From Octopus bimaculoides (Eukaryota), in the NCBI RefSeq assembly GCF_001194135.2, contig NC_068982.1, positions 29,604,311 to 29,663,848 of the forward strand: a stretch of DNA of 59,538 nt, written 5' to 3'. Under the pieces are notes generated by a model that saw only the letters and a list, made by a program, of their open reading frames with translations, did not search any database and was not told the origin of the DNA. The position numbers and the translations under genes are program-made. This document shows, one piece after another, positions 38,824 through 50,130 of this stretch; within the stretch, counting starts at the first letter, position 1, and every line of letters starts with the position of its first letter.

Positions 38824-39905
38824 AACGGTTTCAAATTTTGGCACAAGGCCAGCCGTTTTTAAGGGGATATAACGGTTGATTATATTGACCCATGTATTTG
38901 ACTGGTACTTATTTTATCAACTCACAAAAGGATGAAAGGTAAAGTTGACGTTAACAGAATTTGAAGTCAGAATGTATAGTCCGACAAAATGTTGCTAAGC
39001 ATTTTGTCTTGTCTGAGGCCAAACATCCCTGAAAGTTTCATTCGAATCCATCAAGCAGTTCTTGAGATATCTTGTCCATGGACAAACAAACAAACAAATG
39101 TGACTGAAAAACAATACCTCCACCTTTGCTAAGGCAGAGGTNNNNNNNNNNTCCACCTTTGCTAAGGCAGAGGTAATAATGATGACAATAATAAATGCTT
39201 CAAATTTTGGTACAAGGCCAGCAATTTTAAGGGGGTGGGGACATCACATAGAGGGAACTAATCATCATCATCATCATCATCAACATTTAATGCTTGTTTT
39301 CCATGCTGGCATGGGTTGGACAGCTTGACAGGAACTGGCCAGGTCAGGGGCTGCATCACATTCCAATTGTCTGTTTTGGTTTGGTTTCTACAGTTAGATG
39401 CCCTTCCTATGCCATCCACTTTGCAGAATGTACTGAAAGGATGAAAGGCAAAGTTGACCTCGGTGGAATTTGAACTCAGAATGTAGCGGCAGACGAAATA
39501 CCACTAAGTATTTCACCTGNNNNNNNNNNCGGCAGACGAAATACCACTAAGTATTTCACCTGGCGTGCTAACGTTTCTGCCAGCTCACCGCCTTGACATT
39601 CTACCGTTTCTACCGCTTGACATTCTACCGTTTCTGCCAGCTCACTATCTTCGGTAATAATGATAATGATAGTAATAATGTAATAATAATAATGGTTTCA
39701 AATTTTGGCACAAGTCCTGCAATTTCTAGGGAGGGGTAAATTGATTACATCCACCCCAGAGCTCAACTGGTGTTTATTTTATCAACTCCAAAGGGATAAG
39801 AGGCAAAGTTGACCTCAGTGGAATTTGAACTCGGAATGTAAAGATGGATGAAATGTTGCTAATCATTCTGTCTGCTGTGCTAACAATTCTGCCAGCTTGT
39901 CACCT
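38824..39905 (-). mobile_element. Cluster of same-orientation family C fragments plus one family A copy
   Basis: Tail ggtttcaaattttggcacaag at ~38827, ~39197 and ~39695; C cores at 38930, 39435 and 39800; A at 39262-39425. Confidence 0.85.
39018..39178 (+). mobile_element. Helentron/HINE-like non-autonomous element 3' end
   Basis: (ACAA)n then aaaacaatACCTCcacCTTtgctAAGgcaGAGGTaataat terminal hairpin. The family assignment is an inference. Confidence 0.4.
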
Positions 39906-40507
39906 TTGTAATAATAATAGTAGTATGAGCATGTATGCGTATTTGTTTGTGAGGAAGCATAACAGATAATATTGATTTGAAATAGAAAAGGATATAGAAG
40001 GTGACAAAGAAGAAAGAGAAAGAAGGGAGAAAAGGAAATAAATTTCTTTAAAAAAAAAATTAAAAAAAAATTTAAATAGCTGCAACTAAAAATATATTCA
40101 GATAAAACTCAGAAGCCATAGAAGCTATTCGCCATCTATGATTAAAAATTTTCTGAAACTCCTGATAAAGGTAAACTTTATAGAAAATAAACAAACAAAT
40201 TTTCTGAATAACTATAAGGTTTGAAAAATAAATTAAAGTTATAATTGAGTTAAAAATCAGCAAAAATTTGGGAATTTAAGGCAAAGAACTAAATTGAAGA
40301 ACTATTTTTGAAGCCAATACCAAGCTAATAACAAAAACACTTTTATAAAATTTGCTATCATCCCACCTGACAAATCCATGTAACTGCCAGTTCCTTGTAA
40401 ACCACCAGCATGGCTTCTCTCAATTTGGATCAACTACATTTTCATTACATTGATAACAAGGAGAAGACAAATGTCAGTCTAAAACCCAAGAATTTTTCCA
40501 TCCATCA

Positions 40508-40565
<58 letters not shown>

Positions 40566-40734
40566 TACACATGAATATATGTACATACATGTCTATATAT
40601 ATATATANNNNNNNNNNNNNNNNNNNNNNNNNNNNNNNNNNNNNNNNNNNNNNNNNNNNNNNNNNNNNNNNNNNNNNNNNNNNNNNNNNNNNNNNNNNNN
40701 NNNNNNNNNNNACACACACACATATACATACATG

Positions 40735-40855
40735 TCGAAACGTCGAGTTAGAATAGAGGCAGCTGATGAATAATTCCAAGTGGCTTTCTGTTTTCCTACG
40801 TGTTCATTCCGTTGTCTGTAGTTCATTGTTCTAACGTCCTGTACCCTGATATGCA
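40735..40855 (+). mobile_element. Penelope-like terminal fragment (GAAACGTC half-hammerhead)
   Basis: tcGAAACGTCgagttagaa...gcagCTGATGAa...aacgtcctgtaccc; aligns with 31297-31465. Confidence 0.4.
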
Positions 40856-42274
40856 TCTATATACACATGTAGATGAAAGTATATACATATATGTGTGTAT
40901 ACATGCATTTATATTTTTTGTATTATATATATATATATATATACATACATACATACATATGTATATATGTATACATACATACATATATATACAGATATAT
41001 TTGTGTGCATGTATGTATATACATACATATGTGCACACATACACACACAGTTGTGTGGGTGTATCTCTCTCTTTCTTTCTCTCTCTGTATATATTTGCAT
41101 ATATATATATATATATATATATATACATGCACACATTAACAAATGGAGAACAACAAACCAAGATAGATATTTTCTTTAGAGGAATTTCTTATTTAATTTG
41201 TTGTCACAGCATAAACTTTTAAGGTGACATAAATAAGGTTGTCCAATCTTTTTTTTTTTTCCTTGATAATAACTTGTGTGCGCATGCTAAGTTAGAAAAC
41301 TTCTAATAGAATAACATTAGTGAAAATGAAAATGAAGAAAAACAAATAAAAGAAAAATATATCAAAAAATTCTTCCTTTACTATTGTTATTTTTGGGGAA
41401 ACAAACAATTCTATTGATATTATCTATTGTACCAATATCAATATTTCTTGTTAATATTCTATGTAAAGCCATAAATTTCTAAATCTGTCTCTAATTATCT
41501 TTCTCTTGATCAGTTTGCTTATCTAACTGTTTACCTTGACTTCTTTTAGTTCCTTTCTCTTTCTTTCTAGTCACTCCTTCTTCTTTTTATCCCTAACATT
41601 TTATGCATATTTGAAAGGCTTTAGATTCTTTAGAGAAACCATTAACAAAGCTTCACAGTAGAATTTCCAAGCTGATCTTTCATCAGTGTCATTATTCTTA
41701 AACCCATTTCATCCATAGAATTTACCAAATATATATAAACTCAAGAACGCCATGACAAAGGCAACATCAAAATCGTTACATTCAGAAGACCTCATAAGCG
41801 CTGATATCAATTCCTCATAAGAAGATTCCATTTCAATTATATGAAGTTTATCTGCTACATTTTCTGGAATATAATTTGAATTTTTCTGACCAACACTTAC
41901 AGCCAAAAAGGTAGGTCAACTTATACACCACGATAACTTCGGAGGACCAAAAATTCCACTTGAAATGCAGCAGGATTTCGAAAGATAGTAATAATTGTTG
42001 AATGTTTACGCTACGTGTTTTAACTTTCACTGGTTCCGGTCACTGAGCTGTAGTCATGCTGGGACACTGCTTTGAAGAGTTTTAATCAAATGAATTGACT
42101 TTAGTACTTTTTTTTAAAACTTGGTACTTATTCTATTGATCTTTTTTGCCAAACCACTAAGTTACGGTGATGCAAACAAATCAATACCAATTGTCAAACA
42201 GTGTAGGGGACAAGCACACCCACCTACCCAAAACTCACACACACAGACACACACACATACACACACACACACAA

Positions 42275-42597
42275 AACTAGCACTCTGTTGGCTATGACAA
42301 TGAGGGTTCCAGTTGATCAGATCACTGGAAGAATCTGCTCATGAAATTAGCATGCAAGTGACAAAGCACTCCATAGACATGCATGCCCTTAATGTAACTC
42401 TCAGGGAGATTCAGTGTGGCACAGAATGTGACAAGGCTGGCTCTTTAAATTACAGGTACAGCTCTTCTTTTTTGGCCAAGTAGACTGGAGCAACATGGAA
42501 AAAATTGTCTTGCTCAAAGTCACAATGTACTGCCAGAAATTGAACTCCTGATCTAATGAATGAGCTGAACACCCTAACCACTAAGCCATGCACCTAT
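42275..42597 (-). mobile_element. Family D-type tRNA-CORE SINE
   Basis: gactggagcaac...tgtcttgctcaaag.cacaat...aattgaactc...ctaaccactaagccatgcacc; nested between family B pieces 42020-42220 and 42620-42785. Confidence 0.75.
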
Positions 42598-43280
42598 AAA
42601 CACACACACACACGCACACACGACAGGCTTATTTCAGTTTCTATCTACTAAGTCCACTCACAAGCTTTTGGTCGGCTCTGAGCTATAGCAGAAGACACTT
42701 GCCTAAGGTGCCATGCAGTGGGACTGAACCTGGAATCATGTGGTTGGGAGGCAAAACCTCTTACCACACAGTCACACCTTTGCTTACATATTAACACTAC
42801 ATACTACATGCAGGGTATATGCAAGAAGGTATGGCATATGATTTCAATATAATTTCCCAGCAACTTTATTTTAACCTGAAACAGATTGCTAGCAGTTTCC
42901 TAATAAATCTATTATTCAATGGAAAAGGAAATAGAAAAAAAATTGGCTCTTTAGAATTTCCAAGTTATATTTTCTGCTCAGCTGGGCTCTTCAAAATATT
43001 CTCAGGAATTTTTCTTCTTGACTGAGCGAAGCAACTTTATTTTCCCACCGACCAAGCAGGCTTAATTTTCAACTTCAGTATTTTCTTGTTTTTTTTTTTC
43101 GTTTTTATTTATGAAATTATATTGCTGTGGTTTGCTGCACAATTTACCTTCATTGACTAAAAATTCTTATGAGTTCAAACCAAACAGGAACTATATTCAC
43201 ACTACAACCTAAATCAGAAAAACTTTTAGATGGAAACTTGAAGAAGTCTTTCGTATGTATGTATGTATGTATGCATGTGT

Positions 43281-43511
43281 TATTTCTTTACTACCCACAA
43301 GGGGCTACACACAGAGGGGACAAACAAGGACAGACAACCGGATTAAGTCGATTATATCGACCCCAGTGCGTAACTGGTACTTATTTAATCGACCCCGAAA
43401 GGATGAAAGGCAAAGTCGACCTCGGTGGAACTTGAACTCAGAACGTAGCGGCAGACGAAATACCACTAAGCATTTCGCCCGGCGTGCTAACGTTTCTGCC
43501 AGCTCGCCGCC
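43281..43511 (-). mobile_element. Family C SINE, full-length young copy
   Basis: tatttctttactacccacaaggggctacac...cgaccccgaaaggatgaaaggcaaagtcgacctcggtggaac.tgaactcagaacgtagcggcagacgaaatacc...ctgccagctcgccgcc; CpGs intact. Confidence 0.92.
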
Positions 43512-44389
43512 TTATGTATGTATGTGTATGCATGTGTATGTGTGTGTGTGTGTGAGTGTGTGCATGAGCGTGTGTGAGTGTGTGCATGAGCGTGTGTGAG
43601 TGTGTGCTTGTGTGTGTGTATGACTGAGTTTGTGTTTGTCCTCTCCACTGCTCGACAACCAGTGTTGGTGTGTTTACATCCCTGTAACTTAGCAGTTCGA
43701 CATAAGAAACGATCAGAGTAACTACCAAGCTTGAAAAAAAGACAGTACTAAGCCCAACTCACACAGTGTTAATGAGTGAAACAAGTAAAAGTAAAATTAA
43801 AAGATACTCATAGCTTTAGATACTTAAACTGATACTATCATCCCATAATATAATTTCAAATATAAACCCTTCATTCATACCATAAAGAAGAAATGAAAAT
43901 ATCCTTAAGATATCATGATATGCTTTACCTAAACCACACGAATAACTAACATGGAATTGGTCGTACAAAAACTTTAGTTCAGCCAGGAAATTGCTTCAAC
44001 GAAGCACAAACTGATTGAATTTAAGAGTTTAAGTAGAATATTCTGAAAATATTCTCCTAATATGTATAGCTGTTCAAACCAAATCAAGAACAGTTGACCA
44101 ACTAGAAAAAGTGGCTAAATCTACCTCCTCAAGTTATATTCTACACTTTATGCTTTTCAAAGAGGACTGAGATCTGAGATTTTAGATAAGGCAGTTTTTG
44201 ATGCAGAATGTTTGAAAAATATTTTAAAGACAAGATGGTCACAACTGGAATTTCCGTTTCTTTTGTTTTTTTTAATCTTAGGTCTGTTCTGTTAAGGATG
44301 ACATGAACTATACATTAACAACAAATCAAACATTTTCTCATACTATGAAGCTGTTTAATAATAATAATAATAGTAATAATAATAATAAT

Positions 44390-44584
44390 GGTTTCAAATT
44401 TTGGCACAAGGTCAGAAATTTTGGGGTGGGGTGGGGGCTAAGTCAACTAAATCACCCCCTGAAAGGATATAAGAATATAAGTTGACTTTGGTGGAATTTG
44501 AACTTAGACCGTGAAGATACAAAATGCTGCTACTCAGTTAGCTTGGTGTGCTAACGATTCTGCTACGTCACTACCTTAATAATG

Positions 44585-44624
<40 letters not shown>

Positions 44625-44850
44625 TAATAATAGCAATGATGATGATGATAATTGTTTCAAATTTTGGCACAAACCAGTAATTTTTGGGAAGGGAAAAAAT
44701 CAATTACATCGATCTTCACCCCCTAGCGCTTTATTTTAGTGACCCCCGCTTGGGGATCTTGGTGGAATCTGAACTCAGAATGCAAACCCAGAAAAAATTC
44801 TGCTGTGTGCTTTGTCCAGCATCCTAAGGATTCTGCCAGCCCACCACCAT
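44390..44850 (-). mobile_element. Two family C copies each preceded by (AAT)n
   Basis: ggtttcaaattttggcaca at 44391 and ~44655; cores ggtggaatttgaac / ggtggaatctgaactcag. Confidence 0.8.
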
Positions 44851-45887
44851 TTTTTAAATCCTTTCTACTGTGTATGTATGTATGTGTGTACATACACGCA
44901 TACATATATTTATATATAGATATATATAGAGATATATGCATGCATGTGTGTGTATAAAAATATATGTGCATATGTATGTATGTATGCATGCATTGTTGGT
45001 GTCATAAGATTTTTGAAACATCAAGAGAATGTGAAATGATTCTAGTTTGGAATGGTGAACCTTGAAGCAGATAAAGCCCATGAATAATAGCATGTAAATA
45101 TTGGGTTAACAACTCTTTGGATAGGAAAAGTTGCAGACTGTCCATGGGGTATTTTCTGGAAACATGACAGATGTCCAACCAATATCAACATCAGCAGCAT
45201 TATCTTTTGATGTCTGGCTCTCATACTGGCATGGATTATATATATAGACATGTGTGTATTTGTGTGCATGTGCATACGTACATATATGTATGTATGTATT
45301 TGTGATTTAAACCCTATGGTTTAAAAAGACTTTATTTGTAAATAACTTACAAATTCCATAAGTATCATATTTTCTACAAGGCTTTACTTTATAAGCAAAA
45401 TAAATGTTTATATTATTGTGAATTTGAACAGCAGTCTCAGGAAAAAACAAGTAGTTTCCAACAAAATTTTCATTCACAAATGACTAAGTTAAACTAATTA
45501 ATCAGTGCAAAAAAATTATCTCAAGTTCTGTAAGTAGGACAATGATCAAGCTTGATATGCTAGCTAATTATGCTAAGCTGTACTGAGTAGAACAATAATT
45601 AGTTCAGTATTTAATTAAATATGCAAACTAGCTGTGTCTATAATCAAATCTTCAATATGGAAATTAGGCATGATAATTGTTTTCCTTTTTTTTTTTTTTC
45701 ACATTTTGAGTTTGGTTACATTTCTTTATAAACCCGTTATACATTTTACCATATTTGAATAGAATTATATTGGTTCTGTCAATATAAACCCTCTGTTTCA
45801 ATAAAAATAAATAAATAGTACTGCAGTTAACTTTCCTTGGCTATATATATATATTGTAGTTAAAAGCTCAAAATAGGGAGTAATTAA

Positions 45888-46078
45888 CAGTTGACAACTG
45901 AGGAGGGGTTAGACTTCTTTTGGTATTTTGTCCCGTACTTGTCTCTCATGTATTTACGTATTTTTCACTCATTGGTGATGTCCTGTTCTTATTGTATATT
46001 TTTTTGGTATTTTGTCCTGTACTTATCTTTTGTGTGTTTACATATTTTTCATGCATTGGTGATGTCCTGCACTTGATG
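45888..46078 (+). mobile_element. Penelope-like terminal fragment with internal ~85-bp tandem duplication
   Basis: gacaaCTGAGGAgggg then ttttggtattttgtcc.gtactt...cattggtgatgtcctg twice; homologous to 29700-29810 (minus). Confidence 0.5.
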
Positions 46079-46329
46079 TATTATATATATATATATATAT
46101 ATATATAAACACACGCATGCACAACAGGCTCCTTTTAGTTTCAGTTTATCAAATCCTGAGTGATATTGTAGAAGTGCCATTTGATGGGATTGAACCTGAG
46201 GCTACAGTGCTGAAATGCTCAAATGATAGTTATTGCATTTAATGACACTATTTTTGAAAGCAGTACATGGGACAATAGGTATATAGCTCAAATCTATTAC
46301 ATGTAGTATCTTGGCTGTTTAGGCTACTG

Positions 46330-46905
46330 CTCCCACCTATGATCACCACAGGGTAAAATTAATGATGGAACTCAAAGCAATCCAGCAAAGCTATACAAAA
46401 AAGATCATCTCAATGCAATATGTCAGCTACAGGGAGAGACTGAATAAGTTAAGACTCTACTCCTTAGATGAAGGCAGGAAAGATGTGTAGAGATATGCAT
46501 CTGTAAAATCCTAGAAGAACTTCTACCAAACTTTGGCACTGAAAGTTAAGCAAACACAAAAAAAGGGGATGCCAAAAATCCCAACATTGCTATCAGGATA
46601 CAGGACCAGATACTGCAACAATTGAGGTTTCCACAGCCTACAGCTCTTCAATATCCTCCTCAAAAGCCTGAGAAACCTACATAGGGTAGATGTAGGTGAC
46701 TCCTAAATAAAACTGTATCTCCTGGTATCAAGAGTTACAGATGAACCTACCTCACAGTAAGAAATGCAGATGAGGGTAGCAACATCAAACTCACTCATTC
46801 ACCAAATGTCACATATTAAAAGAAAGTTTACAGTAGTGAAAGTGAAGCAGAGCTGATAGCGATGCCCCAGCATTGCCACAGCTCTTGAGCTGAAACTAGT
46901 AAAGG
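46330..46905 (+). pseudogene. CR1/Jockey-group LINE 3' end (5'-truncated, decayed)
   Basis: ELKAIQQSYTKKIISMQYVSYRERLNKLRLYSL (cf. LE.VQR.FTK.I.G...LSY.ERLK.L.LYSL); 3' UTR ends gccccagcattgccacagctcttgagctgaaactagtaaag. Confidence 0.8.
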
Positions 46906-47481
46906 ATCAAGAGGAAGAGGGGAGTCTTATCAAAATCTAAGGTAACTCATCAATATGCAATCTCACTATAGAAATTTAAGTCTTTTACTGACCTCATAAA
47001 AATGAACCACAATAATACATTCTAAATATATTTCTTTAGAAGCAAATATTAGTAGTGGAAAAACAGACAGAAATACACTTATTCATAAAAATATATGTGT
47101 GAGCGTGTATATGTGTGTGCGTGTACATATCAACACATACGTGCATACTTGTCACCATCACTAACACCGCCATTATATACATACCTATGTTTATTTACTA
47201 CTCTCCAAACCACATCCCTTTGCAATAGGATGGATATTGTTCCCTTTCAATCCCTTATGAGATCAATAAAAGAAGAGAACAAACAAAAGAGAGAGAAATA
47301 GACAAAGAACTGGGGGTTTCTATAATTGACTAAATCTCTTGTGGGCAATACTCCAGCATGGCCAAGGCTAAAACACTGAAAATGGTAAAAGAATGAAAGA
47401 ATATCCATGAATGCATCACAGCAAATGTCAAATGGTGACTTTTTGCACATGGCCTCTGGTTTTCTGCTATAGAATTTTCAG

Positions 47482-47583
47482 ACCAGCTTGACGATTATTT
47501 CCACTACATTAAACACACCAAAAGGACGGTTAACTGAATGCAAACAAAATTTCAACCAAGTAGAAGGCACTAATAAAATATTG
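47482..47583 (+). CDS. Candidate exon (DQLDDYFHYIKHTKRTVN* terminal, or a 102-nt open frame)
   Basis: Acceptor gaattttcAG; stop at 47535-37 with AATAAA at 47572, or alternative donor TG|GTACTA at 47584. Confidence 0.2.
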
Positions 47584-47625
47584 GTACTAATATTTTCAAA
47601 TGATTCTAGACAAAGAATTCCTACA

Positions 47626-47668
<43 letters not shown>

Positions 47669-48172
47669 CATATATATATATAAATATATATATANNNNNN
47701 NNNNNNNNNNNNNNNNNNNNNNNNNNNNNNNNNNNNNNNNNNNNNNNNNNNNNNNNNNNNNNNNNNNNNNNNNNNNNNNNNNNNNNNNNNNNNNNNNNNN
47801 NNNNNNNNNNNNNNNNNNNNNNNNNNNNNNNNNNNNNNNNNNNNNNNNNNNNNNNNNNNNNNNNNNNNNNNNNNNNNNNNNNNNNNNNNNNNNNNNNNNN
47901 NNNNNNNNNNNNNNNNNNNNNNNNNNNNNNNNNNNNNNNNNNNNNNNNNNNNNNNNNNNNNNNNNNNNNNNNNNNNNNNNNNNNNNNNNNNNNNNNNNNN
48001 NNNNNNNNNNNNNNNNNNNNNNNNNNNNNNNNNNNNNNNNNNNNNNNNNNNNNNNNNNNNNNNNNNNNNNNNNNNNNNNNNNNNNNNNNNNNNNNNNNNN
48101 NNNNNNNNNNNNNNNNNNNNNNNNNNNNNNNNNNNNNNNNNNNNNNNNNNNNNNNNNNNNNNNNNNNNNNNN

Positions 48173-48207
<35 letters not shown>

Positions 48208-48354
48208 CATATATATATATACATATATATATGAGTTCAGCAAAAGTTTACATTCAGATGAATATGGTACTGAAGTTGAGGCACCAGAATTTAGTACAGT
48301 ATTATCCATACAATGATGATGACACACACACACACAAACGGAAAGTATTCAATA

Positions 48355-48560
48355 TCCTTTTCTACTTTAGGCACAAGGCCTGAATTTTTGGGGAGGGGGC
48401 CAGTCGATTTGATTGACCCCAGTACACAACTGGTACTTAATTTATCGACTCTGAAAGATAAAGTTGATCTTGGTGGAATTTGAACACAGAACATGAAGAC
48501 AGACAAAATACCGCTAAGTATTTCATCCGGCATGCTAACGTTTCTGCTAGCTAGCCACCA
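48355..48560 (-). mobile_element. Family C SINE
   Basis: ggcacaaggcctgaattt...gaccccagtacacaactggtacttaatttatcgac...ggtggaatttgaac...catgctaacgtttctgc. Confidence 0.85.
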
Positions 48561-48959
48561 TTGAGAAGTACTCAATATTGACTAACAAAACTGAGTGTAA
48601 TTGTATACAATAGAATTGAAATTACTCTTTCATGCTACTCTGAGGTTTATGATTCTTTGTTAAATTGTATGATCAGTACAGAATCACAATACTCGGAGTA
48701 GCAGCAAAAAAATAACCTCAGCATTACAGTCTAATTATCTATCCATCTATCCACCTATGTTTTTTTTTTTAATCTATCTCTCTGTTTGTTTGTCCATATA
48801 TCTGCACACACACACATATATACACTCACAAACAGATATTAATATATCTTTAGGTGAGACATAACCACAGACAGCTGGAAGACTCATCGAATAATTAATT
48901 ACACTTCTTATACAGATGTAGAATACAATGTTTCATGTGCCTCTGCTATTGTTACAGGT

Positions 48960-48970
48960 GCTACTGCAGG

Positions 48971-49035
<65 letters not shown>

Positions 49036-49500
49036 CTGGTGATGATGAGTTTTCCTCTCCTAGTGTTGCGGCTCCTGCTACAATGACAACTATTATAATG
49101 ACCACCACCTTAGTATTACCACACAGCAATTATCAAAGATCACTAACTATAATAGTAACATCGTCATCATCATCATCATCAATAGCATCAGAAATATCAA
49201 CTAACCGCCACTATCAACATACCACCACCTCTTCCGCTACTACTACTACTACTACTACAAATACTACTACAACTACTACTACTATCACCACCAACAACAA
49301 CATCACTATTACAGACACTGCCACCACTACTACAATAACTGCCACCACCACCACCACTACCATATTCACCCACTATCATTGCCGCCACTGCCACCACCAC
49401 AACCACCACCACCACCACCACTACCACCATTGTCATTGTTATCATGACCACCATCACCACCGCCACCACTACCACCACCACCATTACTCCACAGAAATCA
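48960..49500. repeat. (GAT)n plus degenerate ACT/ACC/CAT trinucleotide field
   Basis: Read directly; explains ORFs 48908-49671. Confidence 0.9.
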
Positions 49501-49851
49501 CCTGGAATTCTTTGTCAAAGACAGCATAGACAGCATATGCCCAATAGTAAACATGTGTCATTGTCCAGCTGTGTTCAACAACAAAAGCTTTCCATCATTG
49601 TTATACTTTGGTCAAGAATACGTCCTCATAAGATACTTGAATACATTTTTACCTCAGGGGTTACTTTCTAAAAGGCCATTAAACCAACCAAAAAGAACAA
49701 CAATAGACGCCAACCAACATTTACAACAACAACAACAACAACAACAACATCAGCAGCATTAAGCATCACCACCACCACCACCATCTGAATCATCATCATT
49801 ATTATGTCACTAGTAGTTTTGTAACAAATTTACGTTTTCTTTTCAGACAGA

Positions 49852-50130
<279 letters not shown>

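Noticed and set aside
39121-39175. Direct repeats flanking the 10-N gaps (also ~39488-39560)
   Set aside because: Near-identical sequence on both sides of a minimal gap is typical of contig-overlap artefacts.
41655-41695. Minus-strand CTGATGA...GAAA spacing
   Set aside because: Stem II is only 3 bp, there is no U at 16.1, and there is no stem I.
41709-41906. 65-aa acidic ORF as a host exon
   Set aside because: No convincing splice pair. It is adjacent to a ggtcaacttatacac motif typical of pogo-like repeats, so it may be a transposase tail.
44424-44438. G-quadruplex candidate ggggtggggtggggg
   Set aside because: Only three full G-runs, inside a variable G-rich segment of a SINE tail.
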